From Zancudomyces culisetae HAW-14-8 (taxonomy: Eukaryota > Fungi > Kickxellomycota), in assembly GCA_052426225.1 (NCBI GenBank), contig JBNJNM010000015.1, positions 1,612,001 through 1,676,000 of the forward strand: a stretch of DNA of 64,000 nucleotides. The letters run 5' to 3'. The position numbers were made by a program, and so were the translations under genes. This document shows, one piece after another, positions 61,201 to 64,000 of this stretch (position 1 is its first letter; each line of letters begins with the position of its first letter). The notes under the pieces are model-generated. The model did no database searches. It was given only the letters and a program-made list of their open reading frames with translations, and was not told the origin of the DNA.

Positions 61201-62203
61201 AGAAGAGTAAGTGAGTGCTTGAAATAGGTGTTTGTTGAGTACTCTTGGTGCTGGACTTGGTCAACCCTCCCCCCAAATCGACCCCTTTGCGAATACCACA
61301 TACAATAACTATTTTATATTCAGAACAGAAGTGGTGGTATGTGGGGATTTCTCATTTTGGAATGCGTTCTCATTAACATTACTGACAACTGCTATACCCA
61401 GGAAGATGGCAGATGGTATCTTTTGTAGTTTGTTTATGAGCTACATAATAATTCACAGCCCCATATAATCAACTCTGGTCATCTTTATTCTCATATTCTA
61501 AGTGTTAGAGAGCATAAACATTTGTGGATATATATCTGTGAAATCGTGCCTCAATAATGGTATTTATGACAAGTGTGTGCTACACAAAACGTAAAAATAC
61601 AAAAGAATGAATTTCCGCTTTTCGAAGTTGTGTAATACTTTTAGTGTTATGCTTGTACAAACAGATACAAATACAAATCAAACTTTTGCTCATCTGTTTG
61701 TAAAGACGATATTTAAAATACTCCAACTTTTTTATTGGTGTTCTAAATACTGAGTCCACACTAATTGTAGGTATACCAAAATCAATATCATATCTGTAGC
61801 TAATGCCTTAAAAAAGTTTTGGTTTTCAAAAAGAATAATTGTTGAGGCAAACTAGTTTAACAAAAATTCCAACTTCATATTTATTCCTGCCCTGCAATAA
61901 CGCAAACGCAGGTCGGAAAATTTCAAAAGTCAAAATTCTAGTAACTTCCACAAATCACCAGTGCCAGTACCAGTAGCATTAGAATTTTCATCACTCATAA
62001 CTCCATATATTCACACATAAAAGCATATACACCAAACTTGAATCTAATGTAAAGTGTGCTGTTGTTTTTCTAAATAAAGAAGTGCGAAAACAAAAAGATA
62101 AATCATATTTATACACCAAGGTCAATAAAATAAAAATATAAAGTATGGAAGCACTAAACTCATGTTAGAATTAGCAAGATGACAATCCCCCAAAAGACTG
62201 GTA

Positions 62204-63340
62204 CTACCGTTTTTTATAGAGACACGGCTTTAATAAAGCAGATATTCTGTTTTTTTCAGCCTTTGAGAGTGAACTTTTGGGGATATCAGATTTTTTCTGA
62301 AAGATAAACAAGACAAACATCTTGTTGTAGTCTTTTTTCAGCTTCAAGTTAAATCCTCTGGATTCTAGGACAGAAACAAACTCATCAACATTTAACAATC
62401 TACTTACTACCTCAGCAATCACAAGTTGACCTTTGTTTTTCAGAATTCTGTTGGCTTCATCAATAAACTCAAGCCAGTTGATCCCCATTAGAGCCAAACA
62501 GAATACAGCCATGTTCACAGTTTTATCCTTCAGCGGTAATTTACTAATATCGCAAGCTACAACATTTTTATTTGGAGATACCAAATCAAAAGAATGTATT
62601 GTATATGATTCTGATAGCGTTTGAGCTATTTTGGCTTCGCCGCAGCCCAGATCAGCAATCACCGTATCCTTGTTTTGCCTTTGTATAAGTTTTATTATGG
62701 TATCCACTGGGTTTACAGGCCAAGATTTCACTTGGAGCGCAAAGCCCTCATGGTACTCATCAAACAATTTGGGGTTGTCCTTCATCAGTTCAAACGCCGA
62801 GTCACCAGAGCTAGTGTAAAGCTTTTCGTTGATCCATCTGAACCTAGCCCCCGTTAATTTATTCTTCATTTTGTTTAGGAGTTTGCTATTTGTATATTGT
62901 TCTCCACCGTCATCATCTTTGCGTTTGCCTGGTTGTGATAGTATTTCATTTTTTTCAAGTTTGGATCTTTTAGTTGTTGTACACAAATTTGGTCGATCAT
63001 TGGCTTTTCGTTTTGATGGTTTTTGTGCTTTAGATTCCGAATCACTAACTTTATGTTTATCCAAGAGCTATTTTGGTTTGTTTTTGATCAAGAAATTAAA
63101 TGCAAATTATCATTATCTGATCTATCTTTTACACTGTTAAGGAGATTAAGAAACTGGAAAAAGTAAAAGAGATTAACTAAATCCATTAAAAATGATATTT
63201 TACCCTCGATAGTAGCTCCTTTTTGCTCTTTGTCAATTTTAGTGTCCCTGAGAAAGTTAAAAATGAATAATTAGTGCCAATACACTCCAAAACTTACAAA
63301 TGTTGCATTCTTAACAACACTTACCTTTGTTTGATCCCAT
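62204..63340 (-). CDS. RRP8: 25S rRNA (adenine-N1) methyltransferase Rrp8, three exons
   Basis: KLTGARFRWINEKLYT, FDEYHEGFALQVKSWPVNPVD, IADLGCGEAKIA, VFCLALMG, LKPCLYKKR*. Small 5' exons start MGSNK at 63340. Confidence 0.95.
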
Positions 63341-64000
63341 ATTGCTAAATTAAAAAACCTTTCTGAATATAAAAAAGTGATAGATATCTTGGATTCAACC
63401 TTCAAGTTAAATGTGTGGAAGCAGGGTTTTAGGAAACAGACAAGCTATTATTCAGCATGAGGAAAGCTGATCGTTTTTTCTAGTAGATTTTTGAACGAAA
63501 AGTAGAAATCAACTAACCCCAGAGCAAATAAAATCACGGCCTAAACCGAACTTCCTCCCTCTTCTTCGCCCACCCCCAGAGGGCCTTGATCTGAATGGCT
63601 CTCCTCAAAAAAAAAATTTCCATAAAACTATTGGCTGAGCCCGACCCATTCACATAACTACAGGTGCAATATGCGGGAAAATTGAAAGATGGGTGCTAGC
63701 ACAGTGACATGAGACCCAATATAAACAAACAGTCAAATGCCAGCCCAACTTTGGATTTTGATTCAAGTTGGAAAAATATATTCAAAAAGGGCACTGAATA
63801 ATATACTAACATCACAATTCAAAAGGCAGAAACCATCCGAAAAATCAGGCCAAAAATAAAATAAAATGGTGCTTTTATTTTTGAATACGATTATAGTGGC
63901 GCTTTCGCTTGTTGCCCTAAGCTTTATGGCTGTTTTTCATTTAATAAACAGAGCAATAAATGCGAAAGAACGACAGAGAGGCACAAGATTGGATATTTTG

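Overview
AT-rich eukaryotic DNA with short GT-AG introns and fungal-type genes; the gene set and style suggest an early-diverging fungus, possibly Kickxellomycotina/Harpellales (inference only). I can support 21 protein-coding genes: a 5'-partial class V-like myosin, an Sso-type syntaxin, SDHAF3/Sdh7, a DUF167 protein, HEI10/CCNB1IP1, a pinin-like protein, a probable NOL11/Utp8, Ykt6, CHMP7/Cmp7, cytosolic TrpRS, a PPR-like protein, DHFR, a Ste11/Byr2 MAPKKK, ATP5 (OSCP), NDUFA11, QTRT1 (TGT), FMT1, Nup84/107, Fzo1, a secreted Ser/Thr/Glu/Pro-repeat protein with a C-terminal Cys (CBM19-like) domain and Rrp8, plus two tandem Old Yellow Enzyme paralogs. I found no tRNA, rRNA, CRISPR array or transposase. 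The most notable items are: (1) the OYE pair, whose differences cluster in the active-site loops and whose upstream DNA has a 139-bp tandem duplication that multiplies AP-1/Yap1-type elements; (2) the modular mucin-like secreted protein; (3) a myosin with a large converter insertion and a short lever arm; (4) a non-RD (HCD) Ste11-type kinase; (5) a 5'-purine to 3'-pyrimidine gradient inside long genes. I do not see a clearly new multi-gene system. Exon boundaries were read by eye and are unverified.
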